64,000 nucleotides of DNA, from assembly GCA_033762915.1 (NCBI GenBank), contig JANRLD010000039.1, positions 35,222 to 99,221 of the forward strand, read 5' to 3'. Origin of the DNA: Meiothermus sp. (lineage in GTDB: Bacteria > Deinococcota > Deinococci > Deinococcales > Thermaceae). The position numbers and the translations under genes were made by a program. The notes beneath the pieces are model-generated. The model was not told the origin of the DNA. It worked only from the letters and a program-made list of their open reading frames with translations, and made no database searches. This document shows positions 45,805-56,188 of this stretch, one piece after another; position 1 is the stretch's first letter; each line of letters opens with the position of its first letter.

Positions 45805-45937
45805 GGGTCTCCTCCTAGGTGTGACCAGAGGTCGGTGGGTTTGCCTGACAGCGGCTGGCCTAAGGCCAGCCACTTCCGGCGACCAAATACCTAAAGCCGT
45901 GGATATTTCACTGGCCCCCGCTCTGTGTTCACCGCAC

Positions 45938-47131
45938 TCATCCTACCGCCTCGAGGGCCAGGGCCACCGAGCCGCCGGTGCCGTGGCAGATGGCGGCCAG
46001 GCCGCGCTGCTTGCCGTGGGTGTGCAGGGCATGGATCAGCGTGGTGAGGATGCGCGCGCCCGAGGCCCCGATGGGATGGCCCAGCGCGATGGCCCCGCCG
46101 TGTACATTGAGCTGCTCGAGGCTCACCCCCAGCAGGCGGTTAAAGAGGATCGAGTTGAGCGCGAAGGCCTCGTTGTTCTCGAAAAGGTCGAAGTCGGCGA
46201 TGCTCATCTTGTGCCGCTCGAGCAGCCGCTTCACTGCCGGAACCGGGGCCTCGGGGAAGCGCCACGGCTCGCCCGCCGCCCAGGCGCTGCCCAGCAGCCT
46301 GGCGATGGGCTTGAGGCCGTGCTGCTGTACCGCCTCGCCGCTGGCCAGCACCAGCGCCGCCGCGCCGTCGGAGATCTGCGAGGAGTTGGCGGCGGTCAGC
46401 ACGCCGTCCTTCTTGAACGCGGGGCGCAGGGAGGCCAGCGACTCCGGCGTGGTGTCGGGGCGCACCCCCTCATCGCTCTCGACTTTTTCCAGGCCCTTGC
46501 GGGTCTTGACCTCGATCGGGGCAATCTCCTGGCTGAAATGAGAGGCCGCGGCAGCCCTGGCGGCCCGCAGGTTGGAGTGCAGGGCGATCTCGTCCAGCTC
46601 CGCCCGACCCACCCCGAACTCCGCCGCCAGCCGCTCGGTCTGGTCGCCCATGGCTTCGCCGGTGAAGGGGTCGGACAGGCCGTCGCGCTGGAGGATGTCC
46701 TGGAGCTGCTCGGGCGCGCCCGCCAGGTACTTGTAGCCCCACCGGGCCCGGCCCGAGAGGTAGAAGCCCGCCCCGCTCATCGACTCCATTCCGCCCGCCA
46801 GTACCAGCTCGGCGTCGCCGTTCCTGATGGCCAGCATCCCGTTGGCGGTGGCCTGCATCCCTGAGGCGCACACCATGTCCACCGCGTAGCCGTCGACGGT
46901 GCTGGGGATGCCGGCTTTGAACGCTGCCTGGCGCGGTGGCAGCTGCCCCAGCCCTGCCCGCAGCACCTGACCGTACACAAACAGGTCGAGCGCGTCGGCG
47001 GGCACGCCGGAGCGCCCCAGGGCCGCTTTCATCGCGTGCGCCCCCAGGTCTATGGCCGAAAAGTCCTTCAGCGCTCCCCCGAACTTCCCGATGGGGGTGC
47101 GTGCCGCCGCCACCACATACACGTCTCGCAT
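45938..47131 (-). CDS. Acetyl-CoA C-acetyltransferase (thiolase)
   Basis: RTPIGKFGG, VCASG, NEAFA, GHPIGASG, CHGTGG. Confidence 0.95.
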   Translation of the reverse strand: MRDVYVVAAARTPIGKFGGALKDFSAIDLGAHAMKAALGRSGVPADALDLFVYGQVLRAGLGQLPPRQAAFKAGIPSTVDGYAVDMVCASGMQATANGMLAIRNGDAELVLAGGMESMSGAGFYLSGRARWGYKYLAGAPEQLQDILQRDGLSDPFTGEAMGDQTERLAAEFGVGRAELDEIALHSNLRAARAAAASHFSQEIAPIEVKTRKGLEKVESDEGVRPDTTPESLASLRPAFKKDGVLTAANSSQISDGAAALVLASGEAVQQHGLKPIARLLGSAWAAGEPWRFPEAPVPAVKRLLERHKMSIADFDLFENNEAFALNSILFNRLLGVSLEQLNVHGGAIALGHPIGASGARILTTLIHALHTHGKQRGLAAICHGTGGSVALALEAVG

Positions 47132-47188
47132 AGGGATATAGTACGCGACTCGAGCCGGGTGACGGAAAAGCGTGGGCCTCGCCCGCCC

Positions 47189-47431
47189 CTAGCGGGTCTG
47201 CGTGGCCTTGTGCAGCACTTCCTCGCTCTGCTCGAAGTAGACGTCCTTGGCGATGAACACATAGCCCCGCTCCCCCTGGGCCGCGTGGTAGGGCTGCTCG
47301 AGCCGCAGCCGCTGGCGCACCGCCTCGAGGTTTCTGAACTGTGCGGGCAGGGGGGCGGGCCGGGGCTGGAAGGCCCTCGAGACGCGCTCGATGAGCAGGG
47401 CGAGGTAGGCGGCGATTCCCCAGGCTTTCAT
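47189..47431 (-). CDS. Hypothetical protein (80 aa)
   Basis: TAAACT-6 nt-ATG start pattern. Confidence 0.5.
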   Translation of the reverse strand: MKAWGIAAYLALLIERVSRAFQPRPAPLPAQFRNLEAVRQRLRLEQPYHAAQGERGYVFIAKDVYFEQSEEVLHKATQTR

Positions 47432-47529
47432 GGGGCCAGTTTAGCCCGAAGCGGCCCAGGCAAAGGTGTGATCGGCTGGGTCGGGGGAGACGGGCCGTGG
47501 GGGGAAGGTGGCCCACGGAAAAGCGGGGG

Positions 47530-48267
47530 TCAGCTCGAGGCCAGATGCAGGGCCAGGGCCAGTCCGGCGTTTTTGGACAGGCCCAGCGGCGGGTAGCCGA
47601 GGCTGTAGGCCACGGGGTCGCCGTAGAGGGCGGCGCTGAGGGTGGGGTGGTCGGCGGCGGCTGAGAGCGGCTCTATGACGGCCCAGGTGTACTCGAGTTC
47701 TTCGGCCTCCATCCACTGCTCCGTCTCCGCGAAGCGCATGGCCTGGCCCTCGAACTCCAGGATTGTGCGCAGGTCTTTGGGCAGCGGCCGATGCATGGCC
47801 CAGACCGACTGATGCAGTACGCGCAGGGTCTCCCGGCGGATCTGCTCTGGGGAGGGGGGCTCGCTGGTCCAGCAGGGTACCGTCACCCAGGCCGAGCGCT
47901 TCCAACGGGCCAGGGCCCGCCCCTCCAGCGACCACAGGCTGCCCACGGTGGTGTGGCGGCTGGTCCAGCCGCCCCTGGCGTCGTCGAGAACCATTAGCGA
48001 GACCTTGAGGCCGGTCGGGGGGAGTCGCCGGGCGGCCGCCTCGGTGGCCCTTGCCGCGACTTCCTCGGCCCCCAGCTCGAGCAGCTTTTGCACGTACTCG
48101 AGGGCGTGCTCCCTGGCCATGGGGTTGGCGACCACCAGTGGGGGGATCTCCACGTCGTCGCCCTGTGCGTTGAGGATGGAGCCGATGTAGGTCTTAAAGC
48201 GCGCCATGTCCCGTGGCATCCGGTAGAGCGCCTCGAGGTGGTGCAGCAGGGGGACGTACTCGAGCAT
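47530..48267 (-). CDS. Hypothetical protein, probable catalytically dead DUF2268 paralog
   Basis: C-terminal LYGDPVAYSLGYPPLGL and EGQA resemble the neighbouring gene; no HExxH. Confidence 0.7.
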   Translation of the reverse strand: MLEYVPLLHHLEALYRMPRDMARFKTYIGSILNAQGDDVEIPPLVVANPMAREHALEYVQKLLELGAEEVAARATEAAARRLPPTGLKVSLMVLDDARGGWTSRHTTVGSLWSLEGRALARWKRSAWVTVPCWTSEPPSPEQIRRETLRVLHQSVWAMHRPLPKDLRTILEFEGQAMRFAETEQWMEAEELEYTWAVIEPLSAAADHPTLSAALYGDPVAYSLGYPPLGLSKNAGLALALHLASS

Positions 48268-48271
48268 GATC

Positions 48272-49159
48272 TCACTCAAGATACCCGGACTGCTCCACGA
48301 TCTCTCGCCAGGGCACATAGGTTGCCTCCGCCGCGGTCTTGCCGCTCCGGCGCAGGTAGGCCTGCACCAGCGCGTAGCCCAGGCTGTAGCCCGCGTAGTC
48401 GGGCAGCCCGCGCCGGGTGTAGCCGAACTGCTCGGCGGCCCAGTCGCCGAAGATGTAGCCACGGATGTCCCCGGTGGCCTCGAGGGCCTCCCGGTAGGTG
48501 GGCCTCACGGCCTCGAGCTGCGGGCTCGAGAGCGCGGCAGAGTACGGCCCCACCAGGCTCTTGTCGCCCGCCACCTCGACCCCGAAGGACTCGGCCAGCC
48601 CCTCCAGCACCACATACTGCCCCACGGTGTAGTGTGCCCAGTCGGTCGGCTCGGCCGCGAATCGCACGATGTGGTTAAGCTCGTGCGCGGCGGCTACCGG
48701 CAGTCGCGGTGTGCCCACCGGGTCGGGCCAACCCATCACCATCGCGAAGCCGGGAACCTGAGCGCCGGTGTAGGCCCCGTACTCCGGCCGCAACACGCGC
48801 AGGCTGCCCAGCAGGAAGGCAAACTTGACGGGGGGCAACTGTAGGCCGTGCCTTTCGGGAGCCAGCAGTTCCCAGCCCCTTTGTACAGCCTCCACGCAGC
48901 GCAGGTGGGTCTGGGCCGCTTCGAACTCGGCGATGGCCCTCAGGCCCTCCTCGAGGCCGTCCTGGGGGCTGTAGAAGCCCCACATCTGGCCCACCGCGAG
49001 GGCCGGGTCGGCGTCGGCTTGGGCCTGGGGCATCCGGGCCATCGCGGGCCGCCAAAAGTCGGCGAGGGGCTCCATCACCCGGGCCCTGAAGACCTCCATC
49101 GAGTTCGCCTCGAGGGCCGCTCGCTGCCCGGCCAGTGCATTGATGGGTTGAACGGTCAT
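48272..49159 (-). CDS. DUF2268 putative Zn-dependent protease
   Basis: AAHELNH...VLEGLAESF; YAGYSLGY. Confidence 0.85.
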   Translation of the reverse strand: MTVQPINALAGQRAALEANSMEVFRARVMEPLADFWRPAMARMPQAQADADPALAVGQMWGFYSPQDGLEEGLRAIAEFEAAQTHLRCVEAVQRGWELLAPERHGLQLPPVKFAFLLGSLRVLRPEYGAYTGAQVPGFAMVMGWPDPVGTPRLPVAAAHELNHIVRFAAEPTDWAHYTVGQYVVLEGLAESFGVEVAGDKSLVGPYSAALSSPQLEAVRPTYREALEATGDIRGYIFGDWAAEQFGYTRRGLPDYAGYSLGYALVQAYLRRSGKTAAEATYVPWREIVEQSGYLE

Positions 49160-49176
49160 ACCTACCTCCGGGCTAT

Positions 49177-49207
49177 ACCCTAGACCCTACAATGGTTGTA
49201 GAGTCAA
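49177..49207 (-). promoter_or_regulatory. MerR-type promoter/operator
   Basis: TTGACT-19 bp-TAGGGT with dyad GACCCTACAA-tgg-TTGTAGAGTC. Confidence 0.8.
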
Positions 49208-49210
49208 GCG

Positions 49211-50134
49211 GTGGAACTCTTCAGCATCGGGGAGGCCGCCAGCCGGGCGGGGGTGAGCGTGCAGACCCTGCGCCACTACGACAAGCTAGGCCTGGTCGCG
49301 CCCAGCCAGGTGACCGAGGCGGGCTACCGGCTGTACTCGCCCGCCGACTGCGCGCGGCTCGAGCTGCTGCGCACCCTGCGCGGGCTGGGCTTCGACCTCG
49401 GCACCATCGCTGGGCTGCTGGGCGGCGCGGTCTCCGTGGGCGAGGCGGTGCAGCTGCAGCTGGAAGCGCTGGAGCTCCAGACCCGCGCCCTCAAGCGCCA
49501 GCAGACCGTGCTGCGGGCGGTGATGCTGGGCGGCTCGGACGAGGCGAGGCTCTCGAGGCTGCAGCGGATGCAGTCGCTGGCCAGGCTGGACAAGCTCGAG
49601 CGCGAAGACTTCCTGGCCACGCACCTGAAGAAGGCCATGGGCGGCCGGACCGGCGACCCCGGGGTGTGGAAGGCCGCCGTGCTGGACTTGCCCGAGGAGC
49701 TGACCGAAGAGGGTCTGGAGGTCTGGCTCGAGCTGGCCGAGATCGCCACCAGCGGGCGCTTCCAGCAGACCTTAAGCAACCAGATGAGGCCCCTCAAGGG
49801 CCTGACCAAAGCCCAGAACCAGGCCTGGAGCGAACAGACCCAGGGGCTGATTGCCGAGGCCGTCAGGGCGGTGCGGGAAGGCCGTCCGGCCTCGAGCCCC
49901 GAATCCCAGGCGCTAATACGACACTGGCTCGAGGCCCTGGCCCGGGTGATGCGGCGCAAGCCCACACCCAGGTTTGTCCGCTGGCTGCTGAAATACTTCC
50001 GCTCCGCCCACGACCCCCTGATGGACAGGTATTGGGAGCTGGTTGCAAAGCTCAAGGGCTGGGAGTACACGCCCGTCTACGGACAGGCATTTGCGTGGCT
50101 GCTGAAAGGTCTGGAAGCGATGAGCAGAGGGTAG
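49211..50134 (+). CDS. MerR-family regulator (TipA/Mta-like)
   Basis: FSIGEAASRAGVSVQTLRHYDKLGL...GYRLYS. Confidence 0.92.
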   Translation: MELFSIGEAASRAGVSVQTLRHYDKLGLVAPSQVTEAGYRLYSPADCARLELLRTLRGLGFDLGTIAGLLGGAVSVGEAVQLQLEALELQTRALKRQQTVLRAVMLGGSDEARLSRLQRMQSLARLDKLEREDFLATHLKKAMGGRTGDPGVWKAAVLDLPEELTEEGLEVWLELAEIATSGRFQQTLSNQMRPLKGLTKAQNQAWSEQTQGLIAEAVRAVREGRPASSPESQALIRHWLEALARVMRRKPTPRFVRWLLKYFRSAHDPLMDRYWELVAKLKGWEYTPVYGQAFAWLLKGLEAMSRG

Positions 50135-50413
50135 AGGGGTAGCGGTCCGGAAAGAGGCACTGGCGTGGAGGTTAGAAGCGACCCCCAGGGCTTGCGGGGT
50201 AGGCCTCTACATCCCTCAATTCGGTGCCTTGCACACCCCTGACGTTTGCAGCAGCCCGATCGCCTACCGTTATGGCGCCTGTTGGTCGCCCAAGGGGGGC
50301 AAGTGTGGGTCGGGTCTTCTGCTGCTCTTTCTCTCCACCCTGGACTGCTTCTTTCTCACCTTTCCCAGCCTTTTTACCTAGCCCTCACCCGCCTAGGGGG
50401 TAAACTCGAGGCC

Positions 50414-51097
50414 ATGCGACACGTCGGATTGCTCGGATTAGTGGCTCTGCTGGGGGCCTGCGTGCCCCAGAACACCCCGCCCCCCAACCCCAACGTCCCC
50501 TCCACCCGCATCGAGACCACCGGGAGCTTTTACCCACTCCAGACCAGTTTTGAGTGGATCTACCTGCCCGACCGTGCCGGGGCCACCGACCCCTCCTACC
50601 GCCTGACCATCCTGGGCCAGGGTAGCTTCAACAACCAGGTGGTCACCCGCTACCGCTTCTTCGGGCGCGGCCAGGACCGCATCTACTACCGCCAGGTAGA
50701 CGCCAGCGGGGTGCGGATGCTGGGCTTCGAGGAGGTCGTCACCGAGACCGTGACCCGCTTCGACCCGCCCATCCAGGAGTACCCCGCCCAGGCCAACCTG
50801 ATTGTGGGCGCTCGCTGGGGAGGCATATCCCGCTTCACCACCGACCTGCGGGCGGGCGGGCGCACCACCCGCTTCGCTGAGGGGCAGTTTGAGTACACCT
50901 ACACCGTGCTGGGCCGGGCCAACGTCTCGGTCCAGAACAATACCTACCAGGTATTCAGGATCGGCCTCGAGCGCAAGACCCCCGCCAGCGGCCCCAACCC
51001 CGCCCAGACCGACACCGCCGAAATCTGGTTCGTCCCCAACGTCGGCGAGGTGCGCACCCAGGAAGGCCTACAACTGCTGGACCGGAACTTCAAATAG
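50414..51097 (+). CDS. Lipoprotein, hypothetical
   Basis: Lipobox LLGAC; beta-rich; WFVPNVGEVR. Confidence 0.75.
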   Translation: MRHVGLLGLVALLGACVPQNTPPPNPNVPSTRIETTGSFYPLQTSFEWIYLPDRAGATDPSYRLTILGQGSFNNQVVTRYRFFGRGQDRIYYRQVDASGVRMLGFEEVVTETVTRFDPPIQEYPAQANLIVGARWGGISRFTTDLRAGGRTTRFAEGQFEYTYTVLGRANVSVQNNTYQVFRIGLERKTPASGPNPAQTDTAEIWFVPNVGEVRTQEGLQLLDRNFK

Positions 51098-51156
51098 AGG
51101 GCAAGAAAACCGGGGCTCGAGCCCCCTTCTCGTCTCGCCGCGAATCGAAGTAACTG

Positions 51157-52167
51157 CTACTCGCTCGAGCCGTACAGCCGCGTCTCCTTGTTGCCCAGAA
51201 CTGCGTCAATGGCCTTCATCACGTCATCGGTGAGCTGCGGGACGACCTCGAGCGCCGCGAAGTTCTCCTCGACCTGCCCGACCTTAGAGGCACCGGTGAT
51301 CACGGTGCTGACGTTGGGGTTCTTGACGCACCAGGCCAGCGCCATTTTGGGCAGGGTGGTCCCCAAGTCGGCGGCGATTTTGGCCAGTCCCCGCACCTTT
51401 TCCAGGTTGGCCTTCCCTTCCTCGCTTTCGAGCCGGGCCTTCAGCCACTCGTAGCCGGGCAGGTTCACCCGGGAGTCGTTTGGAACCACGTCGTTGTACT
51501 TACCGGTAAGCAAACCGCTGGCCAGCGGCGACCAGATGGTGGTGCCCAACCCGAGCGTTTCCGGGCGGTACAGGCGGCTGTACTCGACCTCAACCCGGTA
51601 GCGGGTGAACATGTTGTACTGCGGCTGCTCCATGGTGGGGGGGATCAGGTTGTACTGTCTGGCCACCGCGTAGGCCTCCATCAGCTCCTGTGCCGACCAC
51701 TCGCTGGTGCCCCAGTACAGCACGTCGCCGCGCTGGATCAGCTCGGTCATGGCCCGCACTGTCTCCTCGATGGGGGTGTTGCGGTCGGGGCGGTGGCAGA
51801 AGTACAGGTCCAGGTACTCACACTGCAAGCGCTCGATGGCCTGGTAGCAGGCCTCGTAGACGTGCTTGCGCGAGAGGCCGCGCTGGATGGGCGAGGGGTT
51901 GTCCACTGCGCCGCCGAAGACCTTGCTCGAGACGATGTAGCTGTCGCGCCGCCAGCCCGCCTTGGCCAGGGCCTGGCCCATGATGGTCTCGGACTGGCCC
52001 CTGGCATACACCTCGGCGTTGTCGAAGAAGTTGCAGCCCCGGTCGTAGGCGGCGGTCATCAGCTCGAGCGCGCCGTTCACGTCTAGCTGTTTACCGAACG
52101 TCACCCACGAGCCAAAGGATAGCTGGCTGACTTGCAGGCCGGACTGGCCCAAACGACGAAACTCCAT
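51157..52167 (-). CDS. Aldo/keto reductase (Kv-beta-like)
   Basis: [31 protein letters not shown]. Confidence 0.92.
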   Translation of the reverse strand: MEFRRLGQSGLQVSQLSFGSWVTFGKQLDVNGALELMTAAYDRGCNFFDNAEVYARGQSETIMGQALAKAGWRRDSYIVSSKVFGGAVDNPSPIQRGLSRKHVYEACYQAIERLQCEYLDLYFCHRPDRNTPIEETVRAMTELIQRGDVLYWGTSEWSAQELMEAYAVARQYNLIPPTMEQPQYNMFTRYRVEVEYSRLYRPETLGLGTTIWSPLASGLLTGKYNDVVPNDSRVNLPGYEWLKARLESEEGKANLEKVRGLAKIAADLGTTLPKMALAWCVKNPNVSTVITGASKVGQVEENFAALEVVPQLTDDVMKAIDAVLGNKETRLYGSSE

Positions 52168-52230
52168 AGGTTCACCTCTGGGGTACATCCTACGCCAAAA
52201 TGTCAGGTGAGCGGCGGGAAAGGCTGGAGG

Positions 52231-52527
52231 CTACAGTTCCTCGAACAGCTTGCCCAAGTCCCGGCTGCCCCGCACGATCCGCTCGACCCGAACGCCATCC
52301 TCGAGCGGCGTGTAAAAAATCACGTAATTGCCCACAGGCAGGCTGTGTAGGCCAGGCCGAAGCTCGTCTCTGGCACGGCCCATCAACGGCTGGGTCGCCA
52401 GCAACTCGAGGTTGCTGTTGATCCAGTCCAAGTAGCGGTCGGCAGTCTCGAAGTCGGCTCGAGAGATAAAGCTCCAAATCTCCAGCAAGTCCACCTCGGC
52501 TTGGGGCCGCTTGAGTACACGGGCCAT
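52231..52527 (-). CDS. parE: ParE-family toxin
   Basis: AEVDLLEIWSFI...PLMGRARDEL...YVIFY...RIVRGSRD. Confidence 0.88.
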   Translation of the reverse strand: MARVLKRPQAEVDLLEIWSFISRADFETADRYLDWINSNLELLATQPLMGRARDELRPGLHSLPVGNYVIFYTPLEDGVRVERIVRGSRDLGKLFEEL

Positions 52528-52766
52528 CAGGTTTTCGACCCGTAGAGCCTGCGGGCTTTGGCCTTGATTTCTTCCATATCGAGGGGAGTAGCCTCGCCGC
52601 TGTCAATGCCCTTTTGAATCTCGGCCCGTAGCTCGGCTAGGCGGCTTTCGTACTCGAGCAGCAACTCGAGGCTGCGCTGCAACACCGCCCCGTCGCTGGG
52701 GTAGCGCCCGCTGTTCACCAAGTCCTGAATCAGCTTTTCTTGCTTCTCGTCCAAGACAACAGCCAT
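52527..52766 (-). CDS. parD: ParD-family antitoxin
   Basis: LVNSGRY...LRAEIQKGIDSG; overlaps parE start. Confidence 0.85.
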   Translation of the reverse strand: MAVVLDEKQEKLIQDLVNSGRYPSDGAVLQRSLELLLEYESRLAELRAEIQKGIDSGEATPLDMEEIKAKARRLYGSKT

Positions 52767-53353
52767 GTGTTTAGGATACTCGATTTTTGGAGTGGCTCGA
52801 GTTACTGGCTAGAGCCTTCCCAATCATCGAGAGAGGTGCTCCAAAGACGAAGGATAATTCTGTGGGCTAGAGATTGGTAAACTCGACAGGAGGAGTGGCC
52901 AACGCCGAAGCGGCACTGCGCTCATTAGGGGCCTATTGAGCCAGGCTAAGCCTTGTTGAAGCGCAAGCGTGGTGATAGATTTCTCAGTCAGTTACCCTTC
53001 TTTTCACCATTCTGACTGCGCTGATTGCCTGTCGGCCTAGACACTCGGCGGTTCCACCTAACCGGACGAATAATCCTGCCATTATATATGAGGGGTTTCG
53101 TGTTAGCTCCTCGAATCCGCTTCCCGTGCTCCGACTTGGCGACCGAATGGGAGTTGAGGTCTTTGCTCCTACTGAAATTGGTCTATGTGACCCGGCAGGC
53201 GGCGGTGCCGTTGTCAACACAGATGCCCCAGCCGATGCGCCAGCCAATCCAGCGTGGGTCGAGATACGCGTTCAGTAGTTAGGACTCTTTTATGCTCTTG
53301 ATAAATTAGCCCCTCGAGCCAAATCGCACTCGAGGGGGTTCCCAATTGCCCAG

Positions 53354-53503
53354 TTATCGCACGCCGAACATACTCTCGTCGAACAGCCAGTCCAGGCGCA
53401 GGTAGAAGCCGGGCTGGCTCTGGAAGCCCGCTAGGCTGGTGGAGGTGCCCAGCAGGTTGGTGCCTGCCGAGAAGGTTAGGCCGTTGGCGACGCGCAGGCT
53501 GGC
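53354..53503 (-). pseudogene. Orphan copy of the last 49 codons + stop of the 59261-64000 gene
   Basis: Manual alignment to 59261-59410: 28 mismatches in 150 nt, 5 aa differences. Confidence 0.9.
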
Positions 53504-53708
53504 AGCAGGGGTGTTTCGCGAGTGGTCGGGCTGCAAACTCTCCGCCAAAGAAGCGCTGATTGCCCACACCGTCAATGTCGCTGATGCTTTGGGCCGGAAG
53601 GATTTGGGGCGGCTCGAGGTGGGCAGTCTGGCCGACTTTGTGGTGATGGACTCGAGGAGTGCGCTTGAGCCGCTCTACCGTTGGGGCGACACGCCGAGAG
53701 GCTTATAA
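53504..53708 (+). pseudogene. C-terminal remnant of an amidohydrolase
   Basis: LSAKEALIAHTVNVADALG...GRLEVGSLADFVVMD; 5' part is absent. Confidence 0.7.
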
Positions 53709-53730
53709 TCCCAGCAATCATGGAGATTGG

Positions 53731-56145
53731 ATGGCGGCAAATCTGCCTTTGCAGTTGACGAGTTTTCTGGGCCGCGAATCCGACAAGGCCGAGGTGGTTC
53801 GTTTGCTGTCCTCGAGTCGCCTGTTCACCCTCAAGGGCACAGGTGGTTTGGGCAAAACCCGGCTGGCCCTCGAGGTCGCCCATCAGCTAAACCATCGGTT
53901 TGCCGACGGGGTATGGATGGTGGACTTGGCCCCGCTGCGCGACGCGGCCCTGCTGCCTCAGACCATTGCCCAGGCCCTCGGGTTTCAGCCCGTGCCCAGT
54001 CAGCCCTTGCTCGAGTCCCTCCTCGGCTACCTCCAACCCAAACAACTGCTGCTCCTGCTGGACAACTGCGAACACTTGATCGCGGCCTGTGCCCAGCTCG
54101 TGCAGCAATTGCTCTCGCACGCTCCCGAGTTGTCGGTGCTGGCCACCAGCCGCGAAGCCCTAGCAGTCGCGGGCGAAGTCGTGTATCCCTTGCAGGGCCT
54201 GGCTTGGCCCGCCGGGGTCGGCTCACATGATCTACTCCACTACGACGCGGTGCGCCTATTTGTCGAGCGGGCCAGAGATGCGTCACCAAAGTTCGCCCTC
54301 ACCCCTGAAAACGCCCCGGCGGTGGTCGAGATTTGCAGGCGGCTGGACGGCATCCCATTGGCCCTGGAACTGGCCAGCGCCCGCGTGAAGGTGCTCACCG
54401 TGCAGGAAATCGCCACCCGCCTCGAGAACCGCCTGAGCCTGCTGGCCTCGGGGCAGCGTGCGGGTCTCGAGGCCCGCCACCTCACCATGCGGGCCGCCAT
54501 TGACTGGAGCCACGCCCTGCTCGACCCCATAGAACAGACCTTGTTTTGCCGCCTGGCGGTGTTCGAGGGAGGCTGCACACTGGCCGCCGCCGAGGCAGTC
54601 TGTTTGGGCGATGGACTGAGGGCAGATAGCCTCCTCGAGGTGCTCTCGTCGCTGGTGGACAAGTCGCTGGTGCTGGCCGAGACCCTGGTGCGGTCTCAGG
54701 CCCGCTACCGGATGCTCGAGACCCTCCACGAGTACGCGCTGGAAAAACTGACCGAATCGGGCCAGGCGGCTATGTTGCGTGAGCGTCACCTCGAGCTGTT
54801 CCTGGCCCGCGCCGAGGAGGCCGAGGCCAGGCTCTACGAGGCCGACCAGCCGCTCTGGTTAAACTGGCTCGAGGACGAGCACGACAACCTGCGGGTGGCA
54901 CTGGCCTGGACGCTGGAAGCGGGTAAAATCGCGGAGGGTTTAAAGATGGCCAGCAGCATTATGCGGTTTTGGGAGATACGCGGGTACTCCCAAGAGGGGT
55001 TGGGCTGGTTCGGTCGGCTGCTGGGCCAGATGCATGACACCGTACCCTTGACAATACGGATCAACGCCCTCACCAACGCGGCTTTTCTGGCATCATTCGT
55101 GGGCGATGCCCCGACTACCCGAGCCTACGGGCAGCAAGCCGTGGCCCTGGCTGAGTCGGCGGGCGAGGAGGGCAAGCCACTGCTGATCTACGCGCTGGGT
55201 GGCTTGGCCTCGAGCACTGAGATGATGGGGGATTACGCCACCACCTTCGCCATCCAGGAGCGGGGGATTGGGCTGCTGCGTCAGTCCGACCAACCCCCGC
55301 ACGTGCTGGGGATGTTTGTGATGGTGCAAGGCGGCACCGCCCTCGAGATAGGCCGATACACCGAGGCGCGGGCCTATCTGAATGAGGCGATGACCCTGGC
55401 CTTAGGGGCCAACGATGGCTTTAGGCAGGCCCACACCCTCAACTCCTTGGGCGACCTGGCCCGCTGTGAAAGGAACTATCCCGAGGCGCGGGCGGACTAC
55501 GAGCAGAGTGTGGATTTGTTGCGCGACCTCGAGGCCCAGGGCGATCTGGCTACGCCGCTGCACAACTTCGGGTTTACCCTCTTACATCTGGGCGACCATC
55601 AACAAGCGCATATCCTTTTTCTCGAGAGCATGGAACTCCACAAAACCCTACACGACAAACTCGGGATGGCCGAGTGCCTAGTCGGTTTTGCAGCCTTGTC
55701 CATCGTCCGAGGGCTGCCTGCTGGGGTGCGCTGGCTTGCCGCTGCCGAGGCGGTGAATAGACCAAGGGTGAAGGCTTCGTGGACCGCCTTTCGACTCGAG
55801 CGCGAGCGCTACTTAGAGCTTGCCCGCAGCAAGTTTAGCGAGACCGAATTCCAATCCGAGTGGGCGGCTGGGCAGGGGCTAAGACTTGAAGAAGCCATCA
55901 AGCAAGCCCTCGGTTTGACCCTAGCTAAACCCGCAGCCGCTGCAAAAAGACCAGACCACTTAACCGAACGCGAACTCGAGCTGGTCGTACTGATTGGTCT
56001 AGGCAAGTCCAACGGCGATATTGCTCAAGAACTTTCGCTCAGCAAGCGCACCGTGGAGAAGCACGTCGCCAACATCCTGTCCAAGCTGGGCTTCACCAGC
56101 CGCGCCCAGGTGGTGCGCTGGGCAATCGAGAACCGTCTGAAGTAG
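53731..56145 (+). CDS. ATPase (NB-ARC-like) + TPR + LuxR-HTH regulator
   Basis: GTGGLGKTRLA, LLDNCEHL, LDGIPLALELA, TPR region, LTERELE...TVEKHVANILSKLG. Confidence 0.92.
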   Translation: MAANLPLQLTSFLGRESDKAEVVRLLSSSRLFTLKGTGGLGKTRLALEVAHQLNHRFADGVWMVDLAPLRDAALLPQTIAQALGFQPVPSQPLLESLLGYLQPKQLLLLLDNCEHLIAACAQLVQQLLSHAPELSVLATSREALAVAGEVVYPLQGLAWPAGVGSHDLLHYDAVRLFVERARDASPKFALTPENAPAVVEICRRLDGIPLALELASARVKVLTVQEIATRLENRLSLLASGQRAGLEARHLTMRAAIDWSHALLDPIEQTLFCRLAVFEGGCTLAAAEAVCLGDGLRADSLLEVLSSLVDKSLVLAETLVRSQARYRMLETLHEYALEKLTESGQAAMLRERHLELFLARAEEAEARLYEADQPLWLNWLEDEHDNLRVALAWTLEAGKIAEGLKMASSIMRFWEIRGYSQEGLGWFGRLLGQMHDTVPLTIRINALTNAAFLASFVGDAPTTRAYGQQAVALAESAGEEGKPLLIYALGGLASSTEMMGDYATTFAIQERGIGLLRQSDQPPHVLGMFVMVQGGTALEIGRYTEARAYLNEAMTLALGANDGFRQAHTLNSLGDLARCERNYPEARADYEQSVDLLRDLEAQGDLATPLHNFGFTLLHLGDHQQAHILFLESMELHKTLHDKLGMAECLVGFAALSIVRGLPAGVRWLAAAEAVNRPRVKASWTAFRLERERYLELARSKFSETEFQSEWAAGQGLRLEEAIKQALGLTLAKPAAAAKRPDHLTERELELVVLIGLGKSNGDIAQELSLSKRTVEKHVANILSKLGFTSRAQVVRWAIENRLK

Positions 56146-56188
56146 CGCTTTATACTTGGCCATGCAAGCACAACACCAATAGGAAGGG

